Shown: in pieces, positions 20,088-30,376 of the stretch | Numbering within the stretch: the stretch's first letter is position 1 | Layout of the letters: every line of letters begins with the position of its first letter | NCBI GenBank assembly: GCA_029882215.1 | Contig: JAOULC010000004.1 | Location: 61,701-125,700, forward strand | DNA: 64,000 bases | Direction of reading: 5' to 3' | DNA from: Gammaproteobacteria bacterium | GTDB taxonomy: Bacteria > Pseudomonadota > Gammaproteobacteria > SZUA-229 | Notes under the pieces: model-generated | The model's input: only the letters and a program-made list of their open reading frames with translations | Told to the model about the DNA's origin: nothing | Database searches by the model: none | Position numbers and translations under genes: made by a program

Positions 20088-21002
20088 ATGCTAAAGGATA
20101 TAGATTCATTGATAAACATTATCAATACACTTAAAAGCTACACATGGGATAAGCTGATACACAGTCTCACCCGGGATCGGGGTGAAGTAAATATTGGTTT
20201 ATCAAATTTTGATCGTCTGCGTTATGAAATCAGGCCCGGTGATGTATTGCTGGTTGAGGGCCGCACGCGTATTAGTAGCATCATTAAAACCGTCACCCAG
20301 TGTTGCTGGACCCATTCTGCTATTTATGTTGGCCGGCTGCATGATATAGAAAACCCTGCCATACGGGCACATATCAAACGCTTTTATAATGGCGACCCTG
20401 AAGAACAATTAATTATTGAGGCGATGATTGGTGAAGGCACCTTAGTTGATAACTTACGTAAATATCGGGGTGAAAACTTACGTATATGCCGGCCCAAAGG
20501 TATCACACATCAGGATGCTCAAAAGGTCATTAATTACGCCATCAAACGTCTGGGCAGCGATTATGATGTGCGCCAGATACTCGACTTATTACGCTTTTTA
20601 TTTCCCTACTCAATACTCCCCAGACGCTGGCGCTCCAGTTTATTTCAGCACCATGCAGGAGCCACCACCAAAACGGTTTGTTCGACAATGATGGCCGAAG
20701 CATTTGCCTCCGTTCACTTCCCTATTCTGCCGGTTTTGCAATATGATGAAGACCATAACCTTAAATTATATCGCCGCAATACCAAACTGATCACGCCGAG
20801 TGACTTTGACTATTCTCCCTACTTTGATGTTATTAAATACCCGATTTTCGACTTTGATGAACTGTCTGTCTACAAACAACTGCCTTGGAACAGTGAGGGC
20901 GTCATGTACAATGATGCTGATAAAATACAGGTGATTGATGGCTCAGGCAACGCTAATATTTTAAAAGCAATTCGTTCAGATATAACAGGCACAACTAATT
21001 GA
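20088..21002 (+). CDS. YiiX/YaeF-like permuted papain-fold (C92) enzyme
   Basis: 304 aa; His-before-Cys arrangement (CCWTHSAIYVG ... KTVCSTMMAEAF) typical of permuted NlpC/P60-like amidases. Confidence 0.5.
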   Translation: MLKDIDSLINIINTLKSYTWDKLIHSLTRDRGEVNIGLSNFDRLRYEIRPGDVLLVEGRTRISSIIKTVTQCCWTHSAIYVGRLHDIENPAIRAHIKRFYNGDPEEQLIIEAMIGEGTLVDNLRKYRGENLRICRPKGITHQDAQKVINYAIKRLGSDYDVRQILDLLRFLFPYSILPRRWRSSLFQHHAGATTKTVCSTMMAEAFASVHFPILPVLQYDEDHNLKLYRRNTKLITPSDFDYSPYFDVIKYPIFDFDELSVYKQLPWNSEGVMYNDADKIQVIDGSGNANILKAIRSDITGTTN

Positions 21003-21012
21003 GGATGTATAA

Positions 21013-23472
21013 ATGTTAAGCTGGTTAGTCATATTTTCACTGGTCATCGGGATTTCTGCATACTTCAGACTGTCGCTCGTTATCTGGAGCACACTGCTGG
21101 GAATCACACTATTTGTGTTTAGTTTTACAGCTCTGGCATCAATCGCGACGATTCTGATTCTGTGGACTCTTTATCTTATTATTGTCGTGCCATTAAATGT
21201 AAACACTTTCAGAATAAATAACATCAGCCAGCCGGTCAAAGAACTAATGGCCAAAGCACTGCCACCCGTCTCGCAGACCGAACAGGAAGCTCTCGATGCC
21301 GGCAGTGTCTGGTGGGAAGGTGAAATTTTCAGCGGCGTACCTGATTTCTCAAAACTCAATGATTTACCAAAGCCTAAATTAACAACTGAGGAAATTGACT
21401 TTCTTGAAGGCCCGGTCAATACACTGTGCACCATGATCGATGACTGGGAGATCACTCAAAACCAGTCTGACTTACCGCAGGAAATCTGGCAGTATATTAA
21501 AGACAATAAATTCATGGCCATGATTATCCCTAAAAAATACGGTGGTCTTGAGTTTTCAGCACTCGCACACTCTGAAGTTGTGATGAAAATTTCCAGCCGC
21601 AGTATTACAGCCGCGGTAACCGTTATGGTGCCAAACTCACTGGGGCCCGGAAAACTTTTATTACACTACGGTACAGATGCACAAAAAGAGCAATACCTGT
21701 ATGGCCTTGCCGACGGCACAGAAATTCCCTGCTTTGGTTTAACCGGGCCGGATGCCGGCAGTGATGCCGGTTCAATGCCGGACACCGGCGTTGTATGTTA
21801 TGGCAGTTTTGACGGCAAGGATAAGGTATTAGGTATCCGGTTGAACTGGGAAAAACGTTATATAACACTTGGCCCGGTCGCCACCATTATAGGACTGGCT
21901 TTTAAACTGTATGACCCGGACAGCCTGCTGGGTGATAAAGAAAATATCGGTATAACACTGGCATTAATTCGACCTGATACGCCCGGAGTTGAAATTGGTC
22001 ACCGCCACTTTCCATTAAATCAGCCCTTTATGAATGGTCCGAATCGCGGTAAAAATGTTTTCATTCCGCTGGAATGGGTGATTGGTGGTGAGCAATATAT
22101 TGGTAAGGGCTGGAAAATGTTAATGGAGTGTCTGGCAGACGGTCGTGCCATCTCTTTACCTGCGCTTGCGACCGGTGCCGGTAAACTGTGCAGTCGCAAC
22201 ACAGGCGCTTACTCCAGAATAAGAAAGCAGTTCAAAACGCCCATCGGCTACTTTGAAGGCGTTGAAGAGTCGCTTGCTATTATTGCCGGCCAGACCTATG
22301 CAATGAATGCCGCAAGAGAGCTAACTTTAGTCGGGCTGGATATGGGTGAGACGCCTTCTGTGGTATCCGCTATTGTGAAATATCAGCTGACAGAAAGAAT
22401 GCGTCTGGTAATTAATCATGCAATGGATGTACACGGCGGCCATGGCATCTGTATGGGCCCGTCTAATTATCTGGGACGAGTTTATCAGGCCATACCGATC
22501 AGCATTACCGTTGAAGGTGCCAATATATTAACCCGTAGTCTGATTGTATTTGGTCAGGGCGCGTTAAGAAGTCACCCCTACCTGTTAAAAGAAGTCAATG
22601 CAGTCAACGAACCCGATACTGACAAATCCATTCATGATTTTGATCAGGCCTTATTCGGTCATATCGGCTTTGTTGCCAGCAATCTGTTTCGTGCATTCTG
22701 GCTGGGATTAACCAATGCCCGTTTCATGCTGACACCGGGCAGTTCAAACACGGCTTATTATTACCGTCAGCTAAACCGCCTCAGTGCCTGTTTTGCAGTA
22801 ATGACCGATATGTCGCTCGCTGTGCTGGGTGGCGGATTAAAACGCAAAGAAAAGATTTCCGGGCGACTGGCTGATGCACTATCAAACTTATACATTTTAT
22901 CAGCACTTATTAAACACTTTGAAAATGATGGTGAAATAGCCGAGGATAAGCCTCTGTTTGAATGGGCCGCACAGGATTGCTTATATAACACCCAGCGCGC
23001 TCTGGACGGTGTGCTGGCTAACTTCCCTGTTTCTGTCCTCGGTAAAATATTACGATTAGTTATATTTCCCCGTGGAAAAGTATACACTGGTGCAAGTGAC
23101 CTGCTTAGTCATAAAACAGCCCGTTTACTATTATCAGACACAGCCGCACGCAAGCGCCTGACACGTGGCATTCATATTAATAATAATGCCGATGACAGAA
23201 CCGGGCGTATTGAAACAGCCTTTGAGAAAGTACTCAAAGCAAGTGATGCAGAAAGAAAACTAAAAGATGCTATGCATGTCGGTGTTTTAAAAAAACAACC
23301 CATAGAAAGCTTACTGCAACAGGCAGTGACATTAAACATTCTCAACGAAGCAGAAGTTTTACTGATTGATGAAGCCTACACCGCAACGAGAAATGCCATA
23401 ATGGTGGACGAGTTTTCATTTGATAAAGAAAATCATTTATGGAAATGGGAGAGTTTTAATGAGCAAAGATAA
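21013..23472 (+). CDS. fadE: Acyl-CoA dehydrogenase FadE
   Basis: 819 aa; colinear with E. coli FadE incl. N-terminal TM region, KEAIDAG..WWEG, PCFALTGPDAGSDAG, GANILTRS; GAGGA RBS. Confidence 0.95.
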   Translation: MLSWLVIFSLVIGISAYFRLSLVIWSTLLGITLFVFSFTALASIATILILWTLYLIIVVPLNVNTFRINNISQPVKELMAKALPPVSQTEQEALDAGSVWWEGEIFSGVPDFSKLNDLPKPKLTTEEIDFLEGPVNTLCTMIDDWEITQNQSDLPQEIWQYIKDNKFMAMIIPKKYGGLEFSALAHSEVVMKISSRSITAAVTVMVPNSLGPGKLLLHYGTDAQKEQYLYGLADGTEIPCFGLTGPDAGSDAGSMPDTGVVCYGSFDGKDKVLGIRLNWEKRYITLGPVATIIGLAFKLYDPDSLLGDKENIGITLALIRPDTPGVEIGHRHFPLNQPFMNGPNRGKNVFIPLEWVIGGEQYIGKGWKMLMECLADGRAISLPALATGAGKLCSRNTGAYSRIRKQFKTPIGYFEGVEESLAIIAGQTYAMNAARELTLVGLDMGETPSVVSAIVKYQLTERMRLVINHAMDVHGGHGICMGPSNYLGRVYQAIPISITVEGANILTRSLIVFGQGALRSHPYLLKEVNAVNEPDTDKSIHDFDQALFGHIGFVASNLFRAFWLGLTNARFMLTPGSSNTAYYYRQLNRLSACFAVMTDMSLAVLGGGLKRKEKISGRLADALSNLYILSALIKHFENDGEIAEDKPLFEWAAQDCLYNTQRALDGVLANFPVSVLGKILRLVIFPRGKVYTGASDLLSHKTARLLLSDTAARKRLTRGIHINNNADDRTGRIETAFEKVLKASDAERKLKDAMHVGVLKKQPIESLLQQAVTLNILNEAEVLLIDEAYTATRNAIMVDEFSFDKENHLWKWESFNEQR

Positions 23473-24751
23473 GACTGTTTATATCGTCGACGGCAGCCGT
23501 ACTCCCTACCTGAAAGCCAGGGGTAAACCGGGGAATTTTACCGCAGGTGATTTAGCCGTAGCTGCCGGAAAACCATTGCTAATGCGTCATCACTTTGCGC
23601 TTGAAGCCATTAGTGAAGTTATTTTAGGTTGCGTTATGCCGGGCGCAGATGAAGCCAATATTGGACGTGTCGCGGCATTGAAACTGGGCATTCCCGAATC
23701 TGTACCTGCCTGGACAGTGCAAAGAAACTGCGCATCCGGTATGCAGGCAGTAGACTGTGCATTCAGGAACATCCGCTCCGGCCTGTCTGACATAGTGCTG
23801 GCAGGTGGTGTCGAATCAATGAGCCATGCGCCGGTCTTGTATAACGATATGATGGTGAACTGGTTAAGCCATTTTATGATGAGCAAAACCGTCGCTCAAA
23901 AGCTCAAGACCATTACCCGGCTCCGGCCCTCACATTTCAAACCCGTTATCGCACTCATTAAAGGCCTGAGTGATCCGATTGTTGGTTTATCCATGGGACA
24001 AACAGCCGAGAACATTGCACAACGTTTTAATATCTCACGACAACAAATGGATGAATTTGCTGTTCAAAGTCACCAACGACTCGCTTTTGCAATTGATAAT
24101 CATCATCTGGATGAAGTGGAAACCATCTATGACAATCACGGTCACTTCTATGACCAGGATGATGGCCTGAGAAGAGATTCAAACGAGAAGGCACTGGCAA
24201 ACTTACGCCCGGTATTTGATAAAAAATTTGGCCTGGTAACTGCCGGTAACAGCGCTCAAATTACAGACGGTGCCTGCTGGATTTTGTTAGCCAGTGCCCA
24301 GGCCGTTAAAAAACATAAACTCCCCGTGCTGGCAAAGATCAGCGACAGTGAATGGGCCGGGCTTGATCCTGCCGTCATGGGAATGGGGCCTGCCCACGCC
24401 ATGGCACCGTTATTACAGCGTAATCAGCTGACTGTTAACGATGTTGATTACTGGGAAATAAATGAAGCATTTGCCGCTCAGGTACTCGGTTGCCGTGCCG
24501 CCTGGATGGATGAAGATTACTGTAAGCATCAGCTAGGTCTTGATTCAAGCCTCGGTGAAATCCCGGCAGACAAACTCAATGTTGACGGCGGTGGTGTCAG
24601 TCTCGGCCACCCGGTTGGCTCAAGCGGTGCACGTATCATATTACATTTAGCAAAAACACTTGAACGAAACAATGCTGCTAAAGGCATTGCCAGCCTTTGT
24701 ATCGGCGGTGGTCAAGGTGGTGCCATGCTCATTGAAAGGGAAGCAAACTAA
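23459..24751 (+). CDS. fadI: 3-ketoacyl-CoA thiolase FadI
   Basis: Thiolase motifs (NCASGMQAV, GHPVGSSGARI, CIGGGQGGAMLIE) and FadI-specific insertion; start placed at MSKDKTVYIVDG (ORF track gives upstream ATG 23420 overlapping fadE by 53 nt). Confidence 0.9.
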   Translation: MSKDKTVYIVDGSRTPYLKARGKPGNFTAGDLAVAAGKPLLMRHHFALEAISEVILGCVMPGADEANIGRVAALKLGIPESVPAWTVQRNCASGMQAVDCAFRNIRSGLSDIVLAGGVESMSHAPVLYNDMMVNWLSHFMMSKTVAQKLKTITRLRPSHFKPVIALIKGLSDPIVGLSMGQTAENIAQRFNISRQQMDEFAVQSHQRLAFAIDNHHLDEVETIYDNHGHFYDQDDGLRRDSNEKALANLRPVFDKKFGLVTAGNSAQITDGACWILLASAQAVKKHKLPVLAKISDSEWAGLDPAVMGMGPAHAMAPLLQRNQLTVNDVDYWEINEAFAAQVLGCRAAWMDEDYCKHQLGLDSSLGEIPADKLNVDGGGVSLGHPVGSSGARIILHLAKTLERNNAAKGIASLCIGGGQGGAMLIEREAN

Positions 24752-26763
24752 TGCAATACAATCACTGGTCAGTTCATACAGATGAAGAAAATATCTGCTG
24801 GTTGTTATTCGATCATAAAAAGGCATCAACCAATATCTTATCAACAGAAGCCCTGACTGAACTGAATGATATTCTTGATCATATTACTGATAACTGCAAA
24901 GCCATCATCTTTAAATCTTTAAAGAAAAACGGTTTTATTGCCGGTGCAAATATTAAAGAGTTTGTCGGCAGAGATTATGACGCGGCACTGGCTTTAATCA
25001 AGCTCGGCCACGAAGTAATGAATAAAATTGCAGCCATGAAATGCAATACCATCAGCCTAATTCATGGTTTTAGCATGGGCGGCGGAACAGAACTGGCATT
25101 AGCCTGTAAGTACATTATCTGTTCTGATGATGCCTCTACAAAACTGGCGCTACCTGAAGTAAAGCTAGGCATTCACCCGGGCTTTGGAGGCAGTTACCGC
25201 TGTATTAAGCGAATCGGACCGCTGGCTGCATTTGATATGATGCTAACCGGCAGAGCTATAAATACCCGGACTGCTAAAAAAACAGGTCTGGTTGATGAAG
25301 TCACCGCCCACCGACAACTGGAGCGGGCAGCTATTGCCTATGCCAGTAAAAAATATGTACAGCCAAAACCATCATTATTAAATCAGCTTCTTAATAACGC
25401 TTTAATACGCGGGTTTATTGCCAGCAGAATCCGTAAAAAAGTGGCGCACAAAGCGCCAAAAAAACACTATCCGGCTCCTTACAAACTGATCAGTCTGTGG
25501 CAACAATACTATGATTCGCCACAAAAAATGCTGACCATGGAAGCTCAATCTGTTGCTGAACTCGTCGCAGATAAAACTGCTCAAAATCTGGTCAGGGTAT
25601 ATTTTCTACAGGAGCAGTTAAAATCCGCCGCTGATAAAAAACTGTTCAAACCATCACATGTACACGTTATCGGTGGAGGTATTATGGGTGGTGATATTGC
25701 AGCATGGTGCGCACTAAAAGGTTTTCAGGTCAGTGTCCAGGATCAGGACCCTGCCATTCTTGCCAAAACCATCCAGCGTGCATACGGTTTATTTAAAAAA
25801 CGTCTGAAGTCAGAGCGTTTAACCCGTAACGCTATGGACAGATTAACCGCTGATCATAAGGGTTACGGGGTCGAACATGCCGATATTATTATCGAAGCCA
25901 TTTTTGAAAATTCAGATATCAAAAAAGAGCTTTATCAGCGCATTGAACCCCGCATGAAAAAGGATGCGATTCTGGTCACCAACACATCCAGCATTCCACT
26001 AGAAACGCTTTCTACCTGCCTTAAAAAACCAGGCAGACTGGTCGGTCTGCATTTCTTTAACCCGGTGGCTCTGATGCCACTGGTTGAGATTGTTCACGGT
26101 GAACAAAGTGATAAAAAAACATTAGCAAAAGTGTCTGCCTTTGCCTTACATATTGATAAACTACCTCTGGCTGTTAAAAGCAGCCCGGGTTTTTTGGTCA
26201 ACAGAATACTCATGCCTTATTTACTTGAAGCCGTTGTCATGTATGCAGAAGGTATTCCAGCTGAAGCCATTGACAAAGCGGCTTTAGATTTTGGTATGCC
26301 AATGGGGCCGATTGAACTGGCCGACACAGTGGGCCTGGATGTTTGTTTATCGGTTGCTCAAAACCTTTCTCAACGTTATGCCACAGCGGTACCGGCTCAG
26401 CTAGAACACATGGTGAAAACAGGCCACCTTGGTAAAAAGAACGGTAAAGGCTTCTATCCTTATAAAAATGGCAAGCCACAAAAAGATAAAACAGCCAGCT
26501 ACAAAAGCTGTGAGAATTTACAACAGCGCCTTATACTAATGCTGCTTAATGAAGCGACAGCCTGTTTACGAGATCAGGTTGTTGAAAATGCAGAGCTGCT
26601 CGATGCAGGTGTCATTTTTGGTACCGGTTTTGCTCCCTTTAGGGGCGGCCCCATTCAGTACATTCATGATACGGGGAAACAAGAACTGCAACACAGTATG
26701 GATAATTTACAGACTGTGTTTGGCGAACGATTTACCCAGGATAATGGCTGGAATCTTGTTTAA
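24751..26763 (+). CDS. fadJ: Fatty-acid oxidation complex alpha subunit FadJ (enoyl-CoA hydratase + 3-hydroxyacyl-CoA dehydrogenase)
   Basis: 670 aa; N-terminal crotonase fold, central NAD-binding GGGIMGGDIA, C-terminal 3HCDH domains; ATGA overlap with fadI. Confidence 0.9.
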   Translation: MQYNHWSVHTDEENICWLLFDHKKASTNILSTEALTELNDILDHITDNCKAIIFKSLKKNGFIAGANIKEFVGRDYDAALALIKLGHEVMNKIAAMKCNTISLIHGFSMGGGTELALACKYIICSDDASTKLALPEVKLGIHPGFGGSYRCIKRIGPLAAFDMMLTGRAINTRTAKKTGLVDEVTAHRQLERAAIAYASKKYVQPKPSLLNQLLNNALIRGFIASRIRKKVAHKAPKKHYPAPYKLISLWQQYYDSPQKMLTMEAQSVAELVADKTAQNLVRVYFLQEQLKSAADKKLFKPSHVHVIGGGIMGGDIAAWCALKGFQVSVQDQDPAILAKTIQRAYGLFKKRLKSERLTRNAMDRLTADHKGYGVEHADIIIEAIFENSDIKKELYQRIEPRMKKDAILVTNTSSIPLETLSTCLKKPGRLVGLHFFNPVALMPLVEIVHGEQSDKKTLAKVSAFALHIDKLPLAVKSSPGFLVNRILMPYLLEAVVMYAEGIPAEAIDKAALDFGMPMGPIELADTVGLDVCLSVAQNLSQRYATAVPAQLEHMVKTGHLGKKNGKGFYPYKNGKPQKDKTASYKSCENLQQRLILMLLNEATACLRDQVVENAELLDAGVIFGTGFAPFRGGPIQYIHDTGKQELQHSMDNLQTVFGERFTQDNGWNLV

Positions 26764-26796
26764 CTACATTCAAATCAATAAAAGAGCTTAAAGTAA

Positions 26797-27318
26797 ATGC
26801 CAAAAACAAGCCCCAACTACCACTATTATATTTACGGCAGTATCGTCACTATCGGTATCATTACCTGTTTGGCGACAATTTATACATCAGCCGAAAAAAT
26901 ACAGCACTTTGAACATAATACCAGCCGTATACATCGCTTGATTAGTCTATCAGAGGTTGAACTTGATACGCTTGATAACGAAGCCAATATCATAGAAAAC
27001 ACGCTAAAAAGTATTCAGGAACAAATAGAATCAAATCAAGAAGTCGATAAAAATGTCAAACTGGAGTTTTTTACCCTAAAGAAAAACATTGATGACCTGA
27101 GAACGGATATTGCTGAAAAACAAAAACTATTGATTTCGTTAAATCTGCTTAAAACCGATACACTCAGTCAGGTAAAAACTTTATTCTGGATAAACAGCTT
27201 CCTGTTAGTGTTCGGCACGCTGATGGTACTGGGTGGCTTATCGGCTCTTATCTTTAAACTCGAAATATTTCAGGACCGCAGAACTAAGAAAAGACTGAAA
27301 CAGCAACAGCCAAAGTAA
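26797..27318 (+). CDS. Hypothetical membrane protein: N-terminal TM, central coiled coil, C-terminal TM, basic tail
   Basis: 173-aa ORF 34 nt after fadJ; heptad-like EVELDTLDNEANIIENTLKSIQEQIESNQE region between two hydrophobic segments; weak RBS. Confidence 0.45.
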   Translation: MPKTSPNYHYYIYGSIVTIGIITCLATIYTSAEKIQHFEHNTSRIHRLISLSEVELDTLDNEANIIENTLKSIQEQIESNQEVDKNVKLEFFTLKKNIDDLRTDIAEKQKLLISLNLLKTDTLSQVKTLFWINSFLLVFGTLMVLGGLSALIFKLEIFQDRRTKKRLKQQQPK

Positions 27319-27423
27319 GCGATTAGCCTTGCTTAAAATCTGTCAAATTAAGATTTTTTAAAGATTCCTGGCCTCAATTTCGCTATAATCTGGCCCTATT
27401 TTGTATATATCAGCGGAATTAGC

Positions 27424-28893
27424 ATGAATTTTATTGAAACTCGCGGTAATGATGGTCAGCGTCCAGTTAAAGTTAGCTTTTCAGAAGCTATTCTGAATCC
27501 CATCTCATCTTATGGTGGCATCTACTCTCCAGAATCTATCCCCGAGTTAGGTACTGACTTTCTCAATAAACATATTAATTCAAGCTATAAAGTACTCGCC
27601 AAAGATATACTTACAGCTTTCGATATCGATATTGACGGCTCTGTGATTGATGAAGCACTCACCCTTTATGATAAGTTTGATGATAGCGACAACCCTGTTC
27701 CAGTGGTAAAAGTTAAAGATGATCTGTATGTTAGTGAACTATATCACGGCCCTACCCGCGCTTTTAAAGACATGGCACTGCAACCGTTTGGACTGGTGCT
27801 TTCGTCTCTTGCACAAAAAAGAAATGAAAATTACCTGATTCTGGCCGCCACTTCAGGTGATACAGGGCCTGCCGCATTAGAAACTTTTAAAAACCGTGCC
27901 AATGTAAAAGTAGTCTGCATGTACCCGGACGGTGGTACCTCTGATGTACAGCGCCTGCAAATGGTCACCGAAGATGCCGAAAATTTAAAAGTTCTGGGTG
28001 TCAATGGAGATTTTGATGACACACAAAATGCTCTGAAACGACTGCTGGGTTCGGCCGAGTTCAAACAGCGGCTAAAAGATAAAAATATCAACCTGTCAGC
28101 TGCCAACTCTGTAAACTTCGGGCGTATTATATTTCAGGTCATATATCACGTTCATTCCTACCTAGAACTGGTCAGACAAAAAGCCATTAAAATGGGTGAA
28201 AAAGTCTACCTGAATGTTCCCAGTGGTAACTTTGGTAATGCATTAGGCGGCTATTACGCCATGACAATGTGCCTTCCTGTTGAAAAGATTTTAATTGCCT
28301 CAAACAATAATAATATTTTAACGCAGCTGATTAATGAAGGCCGCTACGACCTGAGAGATATGGCGGTCACGCCGACGACTTCGCCAGCGATGGATATTCT
28401 AAAATCATCTAATATCGAAAGAGTATTATTTGATATGTTTGGTGCAGAGCGTACAAAAGAACTGATGCAACAGCTGGATACTGAACATCACTACCAGTTA
28501 ACAGCGGCAGAACTGGCGACCTTGCAAAATGTTTTTTCAGCTGATTTCTGTAATGATGACGAAGGTAAGCAGTATATTAAGGACTCTTTCGACAGCGGTT
28601 ATTTAATGGATCCGCATACCGCTACCTGCTTTAAAGCTTATGACACTTGTCGCGACAAGCCGCTAAAAACCATCGTCTACTCAACTGCTGAATGGACCAA
28701 GTTCTCTCCAGTTATTGCCAATGCATTAACCGGCGAAGTTGATGCTAAAGATCAAGATGCTTTAAAAGCCATTGCCACTAATGCGCGCATTGAAATACCG
28801 GCCATGATTAACGGCTTATTTGACAAAGAGATAACGCAGCAAACTATTATTGAGAAGAACCAGATCGAACAGGAAATTCTGAACTTCATCTGA
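27424..28893 (+). CDS. thrC: Threonine synthase (long form)
   Basis: 489 aa; PLP lysine FKDMALQPFG, threonine-synthase N-terminal domain; convergent with hom. Confidence 0.85.
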   Translation: MNFIETRGNDGQRPVKVSFSEAILNPISSYGGIYSPESIPELGTDFLNKHINSSYKVLAKDILTAFDIDIDGSVIDEALTLYDKFDDSDNPVPVVKVKDDLYVSELYHGPTRAFKDMALQPFGLVLSSLAQKRNENYLILAATSGDTGPAALETFKNRANVKVVCMYPDGGTSDVQRLQMVTEDAENLKVLGVNGDFDDTQNALKRLLGSAEFKQRLKDKNINLSAANSVNFGRIIFQVIYHVHSYLELVRQKAIKMGEKVYLNVPSGNFGNALGGYYAMTMCLPVEKILIASNNNNILTQLINEGRYDLRDMAVTPTTSPAMDILKSSNIERVLFDMFGAERTKELMQQLDTEHHYQLTAAELATLQNVFSADFCNDDEGKQYIKDSFDSGYLMDPHTATCFKAYDTCRDKPLKTIVYSTAEWTKFSPVIANALTGEVDAKDQDALKAIATNARIEIPAMINGLFDKEITQQTIIEKNQIEQEILNFI

Positions 28894-28904
28894 GGCTTTT
28901 AAAG

Positions 28905-28938
28905 CATCAAAAAAAATCCCGCCAGGCGGGATTTTTTT
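28905..28938. terminator. Bidirectional rho-independent terminator between convergent thrC and hom
   Basis: AAAAAA-TCCCGCC-A-GGCGGGA-TTTTTTT: GC stem flanked by A-run and T-run. Confidence 0.8.
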
Positions 28939-28961
28939 ATCTGATTTTTGAGAGATAAAAA

Positions 28962-30272
28962 TTATCCAAGATGCTCAACACGAATTCGTGTAACAGACTC
29001 AGAAATATTAGCCGCTTCAACTTTCGCCAGAGCCGCATTCATTCTTTTTTCCTGAACTTTTTGCGTCAACAAAATCAGTGATACTTTAGAGCCTTCAGTT
29101 TGGGGCTCTTTTTGAATAACAGCCTCAATACTGATTCCCTGCTCTGCAAAAATTCTCGCCACTTCTGCCAGTACCCCGGGGCGATCTTCAACATGCAGTC
29201 GCAGGTAATATGCTGTTTCAAAATCATCAGAAGTCAGCACATTAATATCAGCTTCCTGACCTGTCTGATAACCCAATGCGGCGACTTTATTTTCAACAGA
29301 AGATTCAAAAGTACGCGCGACATCAGCGATATCAGCCACAACCGCAGATGCAGTGGGTTCTGCACCAGCGCCGGCACCGTAATATAAAGTAGGACCGACA
29401 GCATCACCGTGAACAAGCACCGCGTTCATAACACCATCAACATTGGCGATCAAACGTTTGGCAGGTATTAACGTCGGATGAACACGCATCTCGATGCCCT
29501 TATCAGTGCGACGGGCAACGCCAAGATGCTTAATACGATAGCCTAACTCTTCAGCATAAGTAACATCTTCTGTTGTGACTTTACTGATACCCTCTGTAAA
29601 AGTTTTCTCGAACTGCAGCGGAATACCAAAAGCAATGGATGCAAGAATCGTCAGTTTGTGCGCTGCATCAATGCCTTCAACATCAAAAGTAGGATCAACT
29701 TCAGCATAACCTAACGCCTGTGCTTCTTTTAAGACATCATCAAAATCACGGCCTTTATCGCGCATTTCGGTAAGAATAAAGTTACCCGTACCGTTAATAA
29801 TACCTGCCAGCCACTCTATTTTATTACCCGCCAGACCTTCGCGCATGGCTTTGATAATAGGGATACCACCGGCCACAGCAGCTTCATAACAAACAGAAAC
29901 ACCTTTTTCATTAGCTGCCGCAAAAATTTCTTCACCATGCATTGCAATCAGTGCCTTATTGGCAGTCACTACATGCTTGCCATTTTCGATGGCTTTAAGT
30001 ACCAGCTCACGGGCCGGTGAATAGCCACCAATCAGTTCAACGACCACATCCACATCCGGGTCATTCACAACATCCCACGCATCTTCGCTTAACTTAACTG
30101 TCGTTTCAGCAGGAAAAATCGTCTGTTCGTTGATTTCACGAGCTGCAGCGCGAACAATCTCAATTGAACGTCCGACTCGACGTGTAATATCTTCTGCATT
30201 TCGCATCAAAACAGTTGCTGTGCCACCACCTACTGTGCCCAGCCCCATCAGGCCAACTCGTACTGATTTCAA
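28962..30272 (-). CDS. hom: Homoserine dehydrogenase with C-terminal ACT domain
   Basis: 436 aa; NAD-binding GLMGLGTVGGG, catalytic domain, ACT domain at C-terminus. Confidence 0.9.
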   Translation of the reverse strand: MKSVRVGLMGLGTVGGGTATVLMRNAEDITRRVGRSIEIVRAAAREINEQTIFPAETTVKLSEDAWDVVNDPDVDVVVELIGGYSPARELVLKAIENGKHVVTANKALIAMHGEEIFAAANEKGVSVCYEAAVAGGIPIIKAMREGLAGNKIEWLAGIINGTGNFILTEMRDKGRDFDDVLKEAQALGYAEVDPTFDVEGIDAAHKLTILASIAFGIPLQFEKTFTEGISKVTTEDVTYAEELGYRIKHLGVARRTDKGIEMRVHPTLIPAKRLIANVDGVMNAVLVHGDAVGPTLYYGAGAGAEPTASAVVADIADVARTFESSVENKVAALGYQTGQEADINVLTSDDFETAYYLRLHVEDRPGVLAEVARIFAEQGISIEAVIQKEPQTEGSKVSLILLTQKVQEKRMNAALAKVEAANISESVTRIRVEHLG

Positions 30273-30376
30273 AAAAATTCTCCTGTTGTTATTCTAAGAA
30301 ATCTGTCCATTGATAAAAACTGGACAGATATATGTTCAATGATTTGACAAAAGTACCAGGCTTTCTCTGTCACCGA

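Noticed and set aside
23420-23458. Upstream ATG extension of fadI (MIKKIIYGNGRVL...)
   Set aside because: Would overlap fadE by 53 nt; thiolase homology starts at MSKDKTVYIVDG (23459), so the shorter start is preferred.
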